64,000 bases of DNA from Anaerolineae bacterium (GCA_049975525.1 JBNGCW010000011.1:45623-109622), one strand, 5' to 3'. Positions 48,402-59,666 are shown, numbered from the stretch's first letter. Made by a program: numbers and translations. The notes: generated by a model not told the origin, from the letters alone.

Positions 48402-49171
48402 GGCGCCCCCACGATCTCCGCCAGCGGCGCAATGGTCACGCCGGCGGCCTCCAGCACCTGCCGCAGTTCCGCAGCGATGCTCACCGCGTCCGGTGTGTCG
48501 CCGTGCACGCAGAGCGTATCGATCTCCAGGGGAATGGTGACGCCGCCAAGAGTTTGGATCTCGCCCTGGGTGACCATCTGCACGGCGCGCGCCGCCGCCT
48601 GGGCGGGATCGTGGATGACGGCGCCGGCCTCGCTCCTGGGCACGAGGCTACCGTCGGCCTGATAAGCGCGGTCGGCGAAACCCTCCCGCGCGACGCGCAG
48701 CCCCTGATGGCGGGCGGCATCCGCCAGGGCCGAGCCGGGCAGGGTGACGACGATGAGCCGTGGATCGAAGGCAGCGACGGCGCGGGCGATGGCGGTGGCG
48801 CTCTCGCGGTCTTTCACCGCCCAGTTGTAGAGCGCGCCGTGCGGCTTGACGTGGGTGAGACGTGCGCCGGCGCCCCGGGCGAACCCGGCCAGCGCGCCCA
48901 GCTGATAGAGGACAAAGGCCTCAATCTCTGCAGACGTCAGCGCCATCAGCCGCCGTCCGAAGCCCTGGCGGTCCGGGAAACTGGGGTGCGCGCCCACGGC
49001 GACGCCTTTCGCGACAGCCTCTGCTACCGTCTGCCGCATCACCTGGGGATCACCGGCGTGCAGCCCACAGGCGATGTTAGTCGAAGTAACCAGATCCAGC
49101 ATGGCGGCGTCATTTCCCAGCGTGTACCGACCGAAACTCTCTCCCATATCACAGTTTAGATCAACATACAT
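48398..49171 (-). CDS. pxpA: 5-oxoprolinase subunit A (LamB/YcsF)
   Basis: MYVDLNCDMGESFG... matches the LamB/YcsF signature. Overlaps the pxpB start. Confidence 0.85.
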   Translation of the reverse strand: MYVDLNCDMGESFGRYTLGNDAAMLDLVTSTNIACGLHAGDPQVMRQTVAEAVAKGVAVGAHPSFPDRQGFGRRLMALTSAEIEAFVLYQLGALAGFARGAGARLTHVKPHGALYNWAVKDRESATAIARAVAAFDPRLIVVTLPGSALADAARHQGLRVAREGFADRAYQADGSLVPRSEAGAVIHDPAQAAARAVQMVTQGEIQTLGGVTIPLEIDTLCVHGDTPDAVSIAAELRQVLEAAGVTIAPLAEIVGAP

Positions 49172-49373
49172 AGAGGCCCTCCCCACCAGGTATGCAACAC
49201 AGAAAAACAGGTACTTTATAGAATGGATGGCCCAGAAGTCAACGGGCTAGCGACTCTCCAAAATCCCTGGAAACATGCCACGGCTCTTGTATCCTCCGCA
49301 ACTTGCGCTATGCTTAAGGGTGAAAATGCCCGCAGATCACGAATGCAGCCATGGCAAAAAGGAGTTCATCATC

Positions 49374-50843
49374 ATGAAAATTGTCATGATTTCCTCAGAG
49401 TGTGTCCCCTTCGCAAAGAGCGGCGGTCTCGCCGACGTGGTCGGCGCGCTGCCGGCGGCCCTCAGAGCTCTGGGACACGAGGTGACGGTCGTGATGCCCA
49501 AATACGCTTCCATCGACGCCGAGAAGCACGCCTTGAAGCCCTTCCTCGCACCGCTGGGCGTCTGGATGGGCACCACGCAGGAGTGGTGCGCCGTACACAC
49601 CACGAGGACGCAAGAAGGTGTGCCGGTCTTCTTTATCGAGTTCAATCAATACTTCGACCGGGAGGGGCTTTACCACGACGCCGACTTCAATGACTACCTG
49701 GACAACCCGCGCCGTTTCGGCTTCCTGACGCGGGCGGCTCTGCAGCTGTGCAAAGACATGGGATTTCAACCCGACGTGGTCCACGCGCACGATTGGCAAA
49801 CCGCGCTGGCTCCGGCCTATCTCAAGATCTGGCATTGGGATGATCCGGTGCTGGGGCGCGCCGCGAGCCTGCTCACCATCCACAACATCGGCTATCAGGG
49901 CGTCTACGACGCCGCCGATTACGATTACCTGGGCCTGCAATGGGACAACTTCACCAGCGACAAATTCGAGGATCACGGCCGCATCAACTTTCTGAAAGGC
50001 GGGATCTACTACGCCGATCTGGTGAACACGGTCAGCCCCACCTACGCCGCTGAGACACGAACACCTGAATACGCGCACGGGATGGCACCCTACCTCAACA
50101 ACAAAGGCGAAAACTACATCGGCATCCTCAACGGCGTGGACTACAGTCAATGGAGCCCGGTGGTGGACCCCCTCATCCCCGCGCAGTACAGCCGCGACGA
50201 CCTCTCGGGCAAAGCGAGGTGCAAACAAGCGCTCCAGGAGCGAATGGGGTTGGAAGTCAACGCCGAGATCCCCATCGTCGGGGTGGTCAGTCGCTTCGCT
50301 CACCAAAAAGGGCTGGATCTGCTGGCGGGCGCCGTCGAGGCTATCCTCAAAGATATGCGAGTGCAGTTTGCGATCCTGGGCTCCGGCGACAAGGATTTGG
50401 AGGCCTTCTATGGCACGCTGCCCCAGCACTATCCAGGCCGCGCCGGTAGTTACATCGGCTACAACAACGAGCTGGCGCACTGGATCGAAGCGGGTGCCGA
50501 CTTCTTTATCATGCCTTCGCGTTACGAACCATGTGGCCTCAACCAAATCTACTCCCTGCGCTACGGGACGTTACCCATCGTGCGCGCCACCGGCGGCCTC
50601 GACGACACGGTCGAGCAATACGATGAAGTTAGAGGTGAAGGCACGGGCTTCAAATTCTGGGAGCCGTCGCCCCACGCCATTTACTACACGGTGGGCTGGG
50701 CCGTCAGCACCTACTACGACCGCCCTCACCACATGGAACAGATGATCCGGCGGGCCATGGCTCAGCGCTTTTCCTGGAAAGATAGCGCCCGACGTTACGA
50801 GGAAGCTTATCAGAAAGCCATCGCGAACAAGCAGCGGTTGTAG
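49374..50843 (+). CDS. glgA: Glycogen synthase
   Basis: MKIVMISSECVPFAKSGGLADVVGALP is the GT5 N-terminal signature. AAGGAG RBS. Confidence 0.9.
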   Translation: MKIVMISSECVPFAKSGGLADVVGALPAALRALGHEVTVVMPKYASIDAEKHALKPFLAPLGVWMGTTQEWCAVHTTRTQEGVPVFFIEFNQYFDREGLYHDADFNDYLDNPRRFGFLTRAALQLCKDMGFQPDVVHAHDWQTALAPAYLKIWHWDDPVLGRAASLLTIHNIGYQGVYDAADYDYLGLQWDNFTSDKFEDHGRINFLKGGIYYADLVNTVSPTYAAETRTPEYAHGMAPYLNNKGENYIGILNGVDYSQWSPVVDPLIPAQYSRDDLSGKARCKQALQERMGLEVNAEIPIVGVVSRFAHQKGLDLLAGAVEAILKDMRVQFAILGSGDKDLEAFYGTLPQHYPGRAGSYIGYNNELAHWIEAGADFFIMPSRYEPCGLNQIYSLRYGTLPIVRATGGLDDTVEQYDEVRGEGTGFKFWEPSPHAIYYTVGWAVSTYYDRPHHMEQMIRRAMAQRFSWKDSARRYEEAYQKAIANKQRL

Positions 50844-50988
50844 TCATTTAGGTTTATGAGCAGCTGAGGGGCAACACTCTTACGAATCCTTATCGGCACT
50901 GAACCTTGACGTCGTCATTTCAGAAGCATTTCGATGGACATCATACCCGTATTCATGGATAGAGAAAAGAATCACGAGGAGGAAAAGT

Positions 50989-52269
50989 ATGAGCAGCAAA
51001 GCGAACAACAAACTCGGCATCTTAGTCTCAGGAGGCCCGGCGCCCGGCATCAACGGCGTCATTCACGCTGCGACTATCGAGGCTATCAATAACGGCTATG
51101 AGGTGATCGGCATCTACGACGGCTTCCAGCACCTGATGGAAGGGCAGCTGGTCGCCGACCCGCTGACCATTGACGACGTCAGTCGCATCTACCGAAACGG
51201 GGGCTCCATCCTGCGCACCTCGCGGGCCAATCCCACGCGGGAGACCCGCACGCTGAAGAACTGCGGTCGGGCGCTGCTCGATGCCGGGGTCGGTTATCTG
51301 CTGGCCATCGGTGGGGACGACACGGCTTACTCGGCCTACCGGGTGGCCCGCTACGTCCAGGAACACATGGGGGCCGACATTCAGGTGGCCCACGCGCCGA
51401 AAACCATCGACAACGATTTGCCGCTGCCGGAGGAGATCAACACCTTCGGCTATGAGACGGCGCGAGAACTGGGCACGCGGCTGGTGATGAACCTCATGGA
51501 GGAAGGTTTGACGGGCTTCCGCTGGTTCCTGGTGGTGACCATGGGCCGCAAGGCCGGGCATCTAGCGCTGGGCATCGGCAAGAGCTCCGGCGCGACCCTC
51601 ACCCTGATCCCCGAGGAATGGGGTGACCGCACCATCCGGCTGCAAGAAGTGACCGACATCCTGGTCACCTCCCTGATCCGCCGCCTGGTCGACGGCAAAC
51701 CCTACGGCGTGGCCCTCGTGGCCGAGGGTGTGTTGGAGCAGATGTCCCACAACGACCTGCGTGAGCTGGAGTATGTAGAGCGTGATGCTCACGGACACAT
51801 CCGCCTGGCGGAGATCAACTTCTCCGACATCCTCAAGCGGGTGATGTATCGGGAACTGGAGCGCCTGGGCATTCACATCCGCATCACCAGCAAGGATCTG
51901 GGTTACGAGCTGCGTTGCGCCGACCCCATCGCCTTGGACATCGACTACACCCGGAGTCTCGGAGAGGCAGCCGTTGCCTTTCTGATGGATGGCGGCACCA
52001 ACGCCACCGTCACCATCCAGGGCACGCGTGTCGTCCCTATTCCCTTCGAGGAGATGATGGATCCGGATACCGGACGCACCGAAGTGCGACAGGTCAACTT
52101 AGACTCGTTCATCTACCACTCCGCCTACAAACTGATGATCCGCCTCAAACCGGAGGACGCCGACAACGAAGAGATCTGGGAGCAGATGGCTGCGCAGACC
52201 AACCTTTCGACCGAAGCCTTCAAAGCGCGCTTTGGCTACCTGGTGGGCATCGCGCCGCCGCCTTTCTGA
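50989..52269 (+). CDS. pfk: 6-phosphofructokinase (PFK-A family, possibly PPi-dependent)
   Basis: GILVSGGPAPGINGVI and IGGDDT motifs. GAGGAGG RBS. Confidence 0.85.
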   Translation: MSSKANNKLGILVSGGPAPGINGVIHAATIEAINNGYEVIGIYDGFQHLMEGQLVADPLTIDDVSRIYRNGGSILRTSRANPTRETRTLKNCGRALLDAGVGYLLAIGGDDTAYSAYRVARYVQEHMGADIQVAHAPKTIDNDLPLPEEINTFGYETARELGTRLVMNLMEEGLTGFRWFLVVTMGRKAGHLALGIGKSSGATLTLIPEEWGDRTIRLQEVTDILVTSLIRRLVDGKPYGVALVAEGVLEQMSHNDLRELEYVERDAHGHIRLAEINFSDILKRVMYRELERLGIHIRITSKDLGYELRCADPIALDIDYTRSLGEAAVAFLMDGGTNATVTIQGTRVVPIPFEEMMDPDTGRTEVRQVNLDSFIYHSAYKLMIRLKPEDADNEEIWEQMAAQTNLSTEAFKARFGYLVGIAPPPF

Positions 52270-52487
52270 GCGCGCCGGCGAGTGGGCGATCGAGAAATGG
52301 ACGATCAACCGTACGTCAAGCGCGTTCAACGCGCGTCGTGGCCCATCGAAAGCGGCCGCTGTGGAGTCAACGACTAACGCGCGCATTAGAAAACCTCGAG
52401 ATGCTGCGAAAACGTTTAAGACGGCAAGCTTTCAGGTGAGAGGCGCTGCACATCTCACCCGCCGATGACGCGCAAAAGGAAAAAGAG

Positions 52488-53006
52488 ATGCAAGATCAGA
52501 TTTCAGCCGAAGTGGTCGAACAAACCTGGCAGCGTATTGCGATGACGCCCCTGCAGCAGGCAGGAGGGCTGATCGCACAGATGCAACAAGAACAACCCTA
52601 TCTTATGGACTACTTGATGGCGGTCGACGAGTTATTGATGCAGCACGAACGAGAAATCATCTTCTACGTGGGAATGGTCCTGTGGCAGATGATGCGACAG
52701 AGCCCTCGCGGACTGAAGCAGGTAACGCCCACCCACCTGGAACAGGCACAAACGACAAACTACGAAAAGCTAACGCAGCTGGCCACAGAGGGCGATCGAG
52801 ACTTTGAAATCTCGGTCCGGGAAGCGATTAACACGTATCCCGAGCCGGAAGTCCTGCGCTACATGGTGGAAGCGATTAACGAGGAAGACGAAACGAGCGG
52901 CCCATCGATACGCGACCTGTACCGGGGAGTCGCTTTTATACATCTGAAGAGCGCGCTGGACGCGATGATCGCCAGTCTGGAGCACCCGCCCCCGGGCTTC
53001 GATTAG
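52488..53006 (+). CDS. Hypothetical protein
   Basis: Good RBS (AAAGGAAAAAGAG). No recognisable motifs. Confidence 0.5.
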   Translation: MQDQISAEVVEQTWQRIAMTPLQQAGGLIAQMQQEQPYLMDYLMAVDELLMQHEREIIFYVGMVLWQMMRQSPRGLKQVTPTHLEQAQTTNYEKLTQLATEGDRDFEISVREAINTYPEPEVLRYMVEAINEEDETSGPSIRDLYRGVAFIHLKSALDAMIASLEHPPPGFD

Positions 53007-53056
53007 CGTCTCTCTCCGGGCAGGTCCACCCGACCCGGGCATGTGAGAAAGAGGCG

Positions 53057-53878
53057 TCAGACTTCCTCGCCAAACCGTCCGCTGAATTGGTGGAAGAACC
53101 AATAGCCGAAAAAAAGCACAATCAACGCCGTCACCGCCGTGCGCAGCAGGAAATCCAACGCCGTGGGCGCGCCGCGATAAATCAGATCCTGGTAAGTGTT
53201 GATAATTGACGCCATGGGATTAATCCAGAAGATCAACCGCTGCGGATTGAAGGGAATCCCCAGAAGCTCTGCCTGAAGTGGAAACTGCTCGACGGAGTAG
53301 AAGATGGGCGTCATAAAGAACCACGCCAGCATCCCCACGTCCATCAGCATGTGAGTGTCGCGATAATACACCTCCAGCGTGGAGAGAATGAACACGATAC
53401 CGATGATGAAAATGGTTTCCACGAGAATGGGGATGGGCAACAGAACCAGCCAGGGGCTGAAACGCATCCCGGAGATCAGGGCCAAGACGAAAAGCACCGG
53501 TAGCGAGATGAGGAAATTGACCAAATTCGAGAGCACCAGGGAGATGGGGAGAACCTCGCGAGGAAAGTAAACTTTTTTGATGAGGTGTCCGTTGGCGACG
53601 ATACTGCGAATCCCACCCATCACTGCGCCGGAGAAGAAATTCCACGGCAACAGCGCGCTGAGGACGAAGACATGGTAGCCGGCCATATCCCGATCCTGCA
53701 TCACGTTGAAGACAAACGTAAAGACCAGCATCATCAGGAGTGGATTCAACCAGGACCAAAGGATGCCCAGTAGAGAATTCTTGTAGCGGACCTTGAGATC
53801 GCGCAGGACTAAATTGTAGACCAGTTCACGGGCGTCCCAGAGTTCCTTCAGAGAGTCAAGTAAATTCTTTTTTCTCAT
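53057..53878 (-). CDS. ABC-2 type transporter permease (Wzm/TagG-like)
   Basis: Six TM helices and an ABC-2 signature. Overlaps the upstream GT2 gene. Confidence 0.8.
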   Translation of the reverse strand: MRKKNLLDSLKELWDARELVYNLVLRDLKVRYKNSLLGILWSWLNPLLMMLVFTFVFNVMQDRDMAGYHVFVLSALLPWNFFSGAVMGGIRSIVANGHLIKKVYFPREVLPISLVLSNLVNFLISLPVLFVLALISGMRFSPWLVLLPIPILVETIFIIGIVFILSTLEVYYRDTHMLMDVGMLAWFFMTPIFYSVEQFPLQAELLGIPFNPQRLIFWINPMASIINTYQDLIYRGAPTALDFLLRTAVTALIVLFFGYWFFHQFSGRFGEEV

Positions 53879-54878
53879 GGATGTCCAATTCTAGTTTGCG
53901 AAGGCGGTAGAGCGTCTCTTCCAGGATCTTGCGATTGAAACCAATGAGGTCAGCAAGCAGCCCGATCAACGTCGTCTGAAAGCCCATAATCAACAGGATG
54001 GCGGTGAGGATCAACGATTGTACGTGCCCCATACCACCCTCTGTAAAGTAAAAATAGAGAAAGCGAAGCCCCAGCCCCAGCCCGGCAGCGAAGAGCACAC
54101 TTCCGAGAAGGAGAAAGAAACGCAGAGGCCGATACATAGTATAGGCGCGGATCACGGTAGCGCCGGAGTTGGCGAGGAAGTGCAGGAGGCTCTTCATCAG
54201 CCGTGAAGGCCGGGTCTGGGGATTGACGCGCACGGGCACGTATTGGACCGCCATGCGTCGCGTGCCGGCCTGAATCAAGGTCTCCAGGGTATAGGAGTAG
54301 TTGCTCAACACCAGGGTGTGTAATGCCGCGTCGCGGCTCAACGCCCGAAAACCACTGGTGGCATCGGGCACATCCACACCGGCGGCGATCCCCACGATCC
54401 AACTTCCCAGCTGCTGCAAAAAGCGCTTCCAGCGGGGGAAATAGGGATGGGATTGCATGCCCCGGTCCCCTACCACGATGTCCGCTTCCTGGCGGAGAAT
54501 GGGGGCGACAAGCCGGAAAATGTCCGCGCCCTCATACTGGTTGTCGGCGTCGGTGTTGACAATGATGTCAGCACCGTGCTCCAGCGCCACCTGCAACCCG
54601 TCGATGAACGTGCTTGCCAATCCCTCGTTGTGAGCGTGGCGCTTGATGTAGTCCACGCCCAGCCTCTCGGCCACCTCCGCCGTCGCGTCGGTGCTCCCGT
54701 CATCGATGACCAACGTCTCAATCACGTCGACGCCGGGGATCTCCTGGGGCAACGCCGCCAGCGTAAGGGGCAACGTCTGCTCCTCATTGTAACAGGGTAT
54801 CTGAATGATCAATTTGATCGGCTTCTTCACAAGCGGGATTATAGCAGCTTGGGAATAGATGACAATGTCTTTCCGCAA
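53856..54878 (-). CDS. GT2 polyprenyl-phosphate sugar synthase-like glycosyltransferase (Dpm1/Ppm1-like)
   Basis: IQIPCYNE...DDGSTD...DAD GT-A motifs plus C-terminal TM helices. Confidence 0.8.
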   Translation of the reverse strand: MRKDIVIYSQAAIIPLVKKPIKLIIQIPCYNEEQTLPLTLAALPQEIPGVDVIETLVIDDGSTDATAEVAERLGVDYIKRHAHNEGLASTFIDGLQVALEHGADIIVNTDADNQYEGADIFRLVAPILRQEADIVVGDRGMQSHPYFPRWKRFLQQLGSWIVGIAAGVDVPDATSGFRALSRDAALHTLVLSNYSYTLETLIQAGTRRMAVQYVPVRVNPQTRPSRLMKSLLHFLANSGATVIRAYTMYRPLRFFLLLGSVLFAAGLGLGLRFLYFYFTEGGMGHVQSLILTAILLIMGFQTTLIGLLADLIGFNRKILEETLYRLRKLELDIHEKKEFT

Positions 54879-55218
54879 AAGACCGTGGACTCCACCCTCA
54901 TTGGCCCGACAACCGCCTGAGGTATAATGATGCGGTGTTAGCGTCCCGGTTATCTATCCCTTTTATGAGGACGGTTAATGAAACCAACTCACCCCCTACT
55001 CACGTCATTCCAAGTGAGCGAGCGGCGTCGTTGTCGGGAGCGAATCGAGGAATCTCCCCTCCGCGACGTAGGATAGCCATCGAGGGAGGAAGACACCTCG
55101 CCAAAAATCGGCCCTCCGCCGGGAATAACGGGGAAGAGGACGGTTTTAGCCATCAAAGGGATAGGCAATCAGGGCCGAAAAATAGAGAGTCAAAAACGAT
55201 GATGGGGGAGTTTGAGAC

Positions 55219-57564
55219 ATGATAGCAAAACGGCGAACGAAATACGGCTTGCGCCTGCTGCTCATGGTGGGCCTGCTGGTCGCCTTTGGCCTACGTCTGC
55301 ACAAACTGGGGGATCAGAACGTCTGGTGGGACGAAGGTTACTCCCTTTGGGTAGCGCGCAAGGGCGTGGTCGCGGCAACGCTGCACACGGCAACGGACAC
55401 GCACCCGCCCCTTTATTACTGGCTGTTGGCCCCCTGGCTGCGGGCAGCCGGGGAGACGGAGTTCGCCTTGCGCTACTTGAGTGTTCTGCTGGCCCAGCTG
55501 ACCGTGGCCCTGATGGTGCCGCTGGCCCAGCGTCTCTCCGGCTCCCAGAAGGTAGGCATCGGCGCGGCCTGGTTCCTGGCTCTCTCTCGCTTCCACATCT
55601 GGTGGTCTCAGGAGATCCGCATGTATGTGCCGGCCGCCTTCTGGGCGCTGCTCTCCCTCTACGCCACGGCTCGCCTGGCCTCGCACGACCAGGCCGCGAA
55701 GCGGCTATCCACCTGGGCCGGATGGGTGCTGGCTACGGCGGCGGCTTTCGCCACCTACTACGCCACGCTTGTCGTGGCCGTCATCGAGAACCTCTTTATG
55801 CTTATCGTAGGCTTGCAGCGCAAACAGCGTCTGCACTTCTGGGGACGCTGGATCGGTGCGCAGTTGGTGGTGGCGCTGTTCCTGCTCCCCTGGCTGGCCT
55901 TTGCCCTCCCCCGTATGCAGAGCTGGTCCGCGACGCAGACGCCCGCCACCCTCCCCTTCGTCTTCGAGCTTCACGTGGTACTGTTGGCTTTGGGGATCTC
56001 CACGGACGTGGGCCAACACCTCCTGCCGGCGCTCCTGATCACCGCCGTGGGGATCGCGGGCGTGGTCGGCGCGTTGAGGCGGGGCACACGAGGCCCTGAA
56101 CGGTGGGGAGCACTGCTGCTATGCCTGGGGCTGACGCTGCCACCGCTCTTCATCTGGGGACTCACACAGCCCCGTTCCTTTCTCTACACGCCGCGTGTAG
56201 AGGCTCGATACCTTCTGCCCCTGGCGCCACTCTTCTCAATCCTACTGGCCTGGTCTATCAAGGGATGGCACCTGTGGAGTCGTCGTCTGGGCAACCTGGT
56301 TCTCCTCCTGCTGCTCCTGACCTCGGCCTGGACCCTGCCCCAGCACTATCGATCGCGCTACTTCCGGGACACCTACAGCACGCTGGTGCGGGTGATCTGG
56401 GCTTACGCCCGACCCGACGACGTGGTCCTGCTCGTCTCCGGCGACCGCTATCCCCTTTTTCACACCTACTACGACCGACGCCCGGCGCCCGAGGCGCGCC
56501 CCCCCGTCACCTGGATGCCCAACCCACCGGGCGAGGCCCCCTTCGACGCCGCCTTCGTGGAGAAGGAGCTGGCCGAACTGAGCGGGGCCTATCGACGGAT
56601 TTGGCTGGCGCAGGTCGAAAGCGCCCTCCAGGATCCGGAGGGCCTCACGGAGACCTGGTTGATGCAGCACTACGCCCGTCCTCTGCACTTCACCTTCGAT
56701 TACAACTCGCTGAGCCTCTTCGCACCCACCGCCGAGGAACCGACAGTGCCGCAGTGGAACCTGCCGCCGCAACACCCCATCTCACAAACCGTGACACCTG
56801 GCCTCACAGTGAGGGGCTACGATTTGCTCACCGAGGAGTTCCGCCCAGGGGACACCATCCGACTGGGACTCTACCTGGAGGTGGAAGAGGCGACGCAGGT
56901 GGAGATCACCCAGGTGGGAGCGGACGGGAGAACCGTGGCGCGCCATGCGCTCACGCTGGATCCACACCCCGGCGTCGTCTACCGGCAAGCGAGGTTCCGC
57001 GTCTGGCCCTACACGCCCGCACAGCGTTATCACTTCCGTTTAACTGAAAGGCTCAGCGTGGGCGAGGTACAGGTGACCCATACGCGCCGCCCGCCCAGGC
57101 TGACCACGGTCGCGCACCCCTTAGAAGCGCGGCTGGGAGCGCACATTTGGCTGCTGGGTTACGATCTCACCGGAGTCGGACGCGGCTCACCCCCCACGGT
57201 ACGCCCCGGGGAGACGCTGCATCTCGATCTCTACTGGAAGGCCGAGGCCCCTGTGGAAGAGCGGTACAAAGTCTTCACCCACCTCATCGGCACAGCCCAC
57301 AACCCGGAGACCGGCGGCCCCCTCTGGGCCCAAGACGACCAGATTCCCTTAGAGGGCGCCTATCCAACGGAGGCATGGCTCCCCAACTTACCCCTCCAAG
57401 ACCACTATCGGCTCTCGCTGCCGCCCCACACGCCGCCCGGCGACTACCAGTTGGTCGTGGGCATGTATACCTTAGAGGACGGCATGCGCCTGCCGGTGAG
57501 CGGAGAGGGCGCCGTCGCCGAGCAGGGTTACATCCTGCTGACGCCGGTGCGCGTACTCCCGTAA
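55219..57564 (+). CDS. GT-C fold glycosyltransferase of the GT39/PMT/ArnT superfamily with a large C-terminal soluble domain
   Basis: N-terminal TM helices with WWDEGYS (DE motif) in loop 1 and about 12 TM segments. Divergently transcribed from the GT2 gene. Confidence 0.7.
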   Translation: MIAKRRTKYGLRLLLMVGLLVAFGLRLHKLGDQNVWWDEGYSLWVARKGVVAATLHTATDTHPPLYYWLLAPWLRAAGETEFALRYLSVLLAQLTVALMVPLAQRLSGSQKVGIGAAWFLALSRFHIWWSQEIRMYVPAAFWALLSLYATARLASHDQAAKRLSTWAGWVLATAAAFATYYATLVVAVIENLFMLIVGLQRKQRLHFWGRWIGAQLVVALFLLPWLAFALPRMQSWSATQTPATLPFVFELHVVLLALGISTDVGQHLLPALLITAVGIAGVVGALRRGTRGPERWGALLLCLGLTLPPLFIWGLTQPRSFLYTPRVEARYLLPLAPLFSILLAWSIKGWHLWSRRLGNLVLLLLLLTSAWTLPQHYRSRYFRDTYSTLVRVIWAYARPDDVVLLVSGDRYPLFHTYYDRRPAPEARPPVTWMPNPPGEAPFDAAFVEKELAELSGAYRRIWLAQVESALQDPEGLTETWLMQHYARPLHFTFDYNSLSLFAPTAEEPTVPQWNLPPQHPISQTVTPGLTVRGYDLLTEEFRPGDTIRLGLYLEVEEATQVEITQVGADGRTVARHALTLDPHPGVVYRQARFRVWPYTPAQRYHFRLTERLSVGEVQVTHTRRPPRLTTVAHPLEARLGAHIWLLGYDLTGVGRGSPPTVRPGETLHLDLYWKAEAPVEERYKVFTHLIGTAHNPETGGPLWAQDDQIPLEGAYPTEAWLPNLPLQDHYRLSLPPHTPPGDYQLVVGMYTLEDGMRLPVSGEGAVAEQGYILLTPVRVLP

Positions 57565-57597
57565 GAACACCTCAACGCCTCCCCTCTAGTAGAGGGG

Positions 57598-58479
57598 CTA
57601 CTTCTTGCGCGGCACCACCTCAACCTCGTCTACTTTGAAGCGATGGCGTTTGCGCTCACGGCGTGGCCCGGTAGGCGGAATCTCGACGATGATATCCCCC
57701 TTAAGGACATCCCAATCGATGACCCGCCCCAGCCCCAAGTCCGTCTGCACGCGGGCTCTGCGGCGGGGAAAGTTGTCGCTGGCCTCTTTGTACACCTGGT
57801 GTTCGTAATCCAGGCAGCAGCGCAGACGTCCACACATCCCCGTGATATCGGTGGGCGCCAGGGAGATGGCTTGATCCTTCGCCATATGGATGGAGATAGG
57901 CTTGAAATCCGTCAGGAAACGCGCACAACAGCGCGGCTCCCCACAGACCCCGTACCCCCCCAGCAGCTTGGCCTCATCCCGCGGCCCGACGGAGTGCAGC
58001 TCCACCCGACATCCAAAGGTCGAGGAAACCTGCTCCTGGATGCGGGACTGCAGCCCTGACGAGAGTTTCCCCCGGTAGAAAAGCATGGCTTTCTCGCCAT
58101 CCAGCGTATACTCGGTGGTGATAATTTTCGCTTCACGCTGCGCGTGCTCTTGGACACTCTCCTGCGCCATCCGGGTGACGCGCTTCGCCCGCTCCGCAAG
58201 AATCTGCCGCCGCACCATATCCAGCCCACTGGCCCGGCGCAGCACCCGCCGCAGCTCGGAGACCTGAACGTTGGAAGGTAGATCGCATCCCACCTCCACA
58301 ATCCGCCCCGTCTTCGGCCCGTGCACAGTCTCGACCACTACCCAATCGCCGCTTCTCAACTCCAGATCAGACTCGACCAAGAAGTTATACAGGGAGCCGG
58401 CTGGGTAAAACCGTACACTGGCGATAAGGAAATAGGCGCCGCCCTCTTCTACGGTAAAATCTGCGCTTGTATCAGGCAT
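57598..58479 (-). CDS. PSP1 C-terminal domain protein (RicT/YaaT-like)
   Basis: Cys motifs CGEPRCCARF and CGRLRCCLDYE. PSP1 domain. Confidence 0.75.
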   Translation of the reverse strand: MPDTSADFTVEEGGAYFLIASVRFYPAGSLYNFLVESDLELRSGDWVVVETVHGPKTGRIVEVGCDLPSNVQVSELRRVLRRASGLDMVRRQILAERAKRVTRMAQESVQEHAQREAKIITTEYTLDGEKAMLFYRGKLSSGLQSRIQEQVSSTFGCRVELHSVGPRDEAKLLGGYGVCGEPRCCARFLTDFKPISIHMAKDQAISLAPTDITGMCGRLRCCLDYEHQVYKEASDNFPRRRARVQTDLGLGRVIDWDVLKGDIIVEIPPTGPRRERKRHRFKVDEVEVVPRKK

Positions 58480-59375
58480 AAGTTTCCGATCTTTTCTCCA
58501 AACGTGATTTTTATCTCAACGGAGCCCAAAGCAAAGCTCCGCCCGTCATCTTAACGCTGCCTCCCTGTTATACTCCGAGGGCGCTATTTTTGCAACCTCA
58601 CCCTCTTGACGTCCTCCGACACCCCATGCAGACTTGACGCTGCTGAAAAGACCTGGGGCTACGCAGAATAGGAGGGAGAAAACTGAGCCGCCGGTTTGAC
58701 AGCACGCCGGCTGACGCCTGTGTGCTTGACGACAAACCTTTTATAGTAAGCGACGCAGCGTTAGCAGAGTCGCGTTTGGGAAGTACGAGATCCCTCGTCA
58801 CTGCGTTCCTTGGGATAACACCGGTGCCTTGTCAAGTCGTAACTGATGGATGAACGTGCCGCATGACCGGTGCCCCCCAGCAATTTCATTGCTTGCCAGG
58901 GACCGTGCCACCGCCCCGCTCGATGGTAACTCTACGTCGCAGAGGAGAGATTCCTCGATTCGCTCGGAATGACGTGACCAGGAGGGTGATTGAATTTACG
59001 GTATAAGGTGCAACGCACCTGCGATGACCCGATCATGTTGGCTAAAAACCCATCCTGGTGTGCACGAAATGGCTATGTTCAAACCTTCGAAGGTGCGTCG
59101 CACCTGGCGCCGGCCAGCACCGAACGGGTATCCCTGAACTTGATGCTCCAAAACGATCACCCATCTATCCACCAGATCACGCCCGACAGAACACCAGACC
59201 CAAAGACCCTTTCAGCAGCATCGAAGGTACTATAGGAGTTGGATGGAATCCCATCCCTATCCCTACCCCATGTTTTCCTTTGGCTGCACCTGTTTCAGTG
59301 CAGCCGGACTTGACTTTGAGGGAAGTATGGTAGACTACCGACGTTTATGTACCCATACAGGGAAAGGAGGAGACA

Positions 59376-59666
59376 ATGCTCAAACGGAAAGGGTTTCGGG
59401 GTAAGGATAAGATCAAGGTCACCTTTATCTTACCGGACGGTTCGCCCAAAGCTTCGGTCGTCGGGGATTTCAACGCTTGGGATCCTGAGGCAAACCCCTT
59501 TATTCGTCGCAGCAATCACACCTACAGCACCGCCGTGGAGCTGGATAAGGGTGGGCGCTACGAGTTCCGCTACCGCCTGGAAAACGGAGAGTGGTGGAAC
59601 GAAGAGGACGCCGACGAACAGGTACCCAACGAATTCGGCGAGATCAACAGCGTCATCCTGACCTGA
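59376..59666 (+). CDS. Standalone CBM48 glycogen-binding-module protein
   Basis: VTFILP...VVGDFNAWDP...YEFRYRLENGEWWN matches the CBM48/E-set signature. AAGGAGGAG RBS. Confidence 0.7.
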   Translation: MLKRKGFRGKDKIKVTFILPDGSPKASVVGDFNAWDPEANPFIRRSNHTYSTAVELDKGGRYEFRYRLENGEWWNEEDADEQVPNEFGEINSVILT

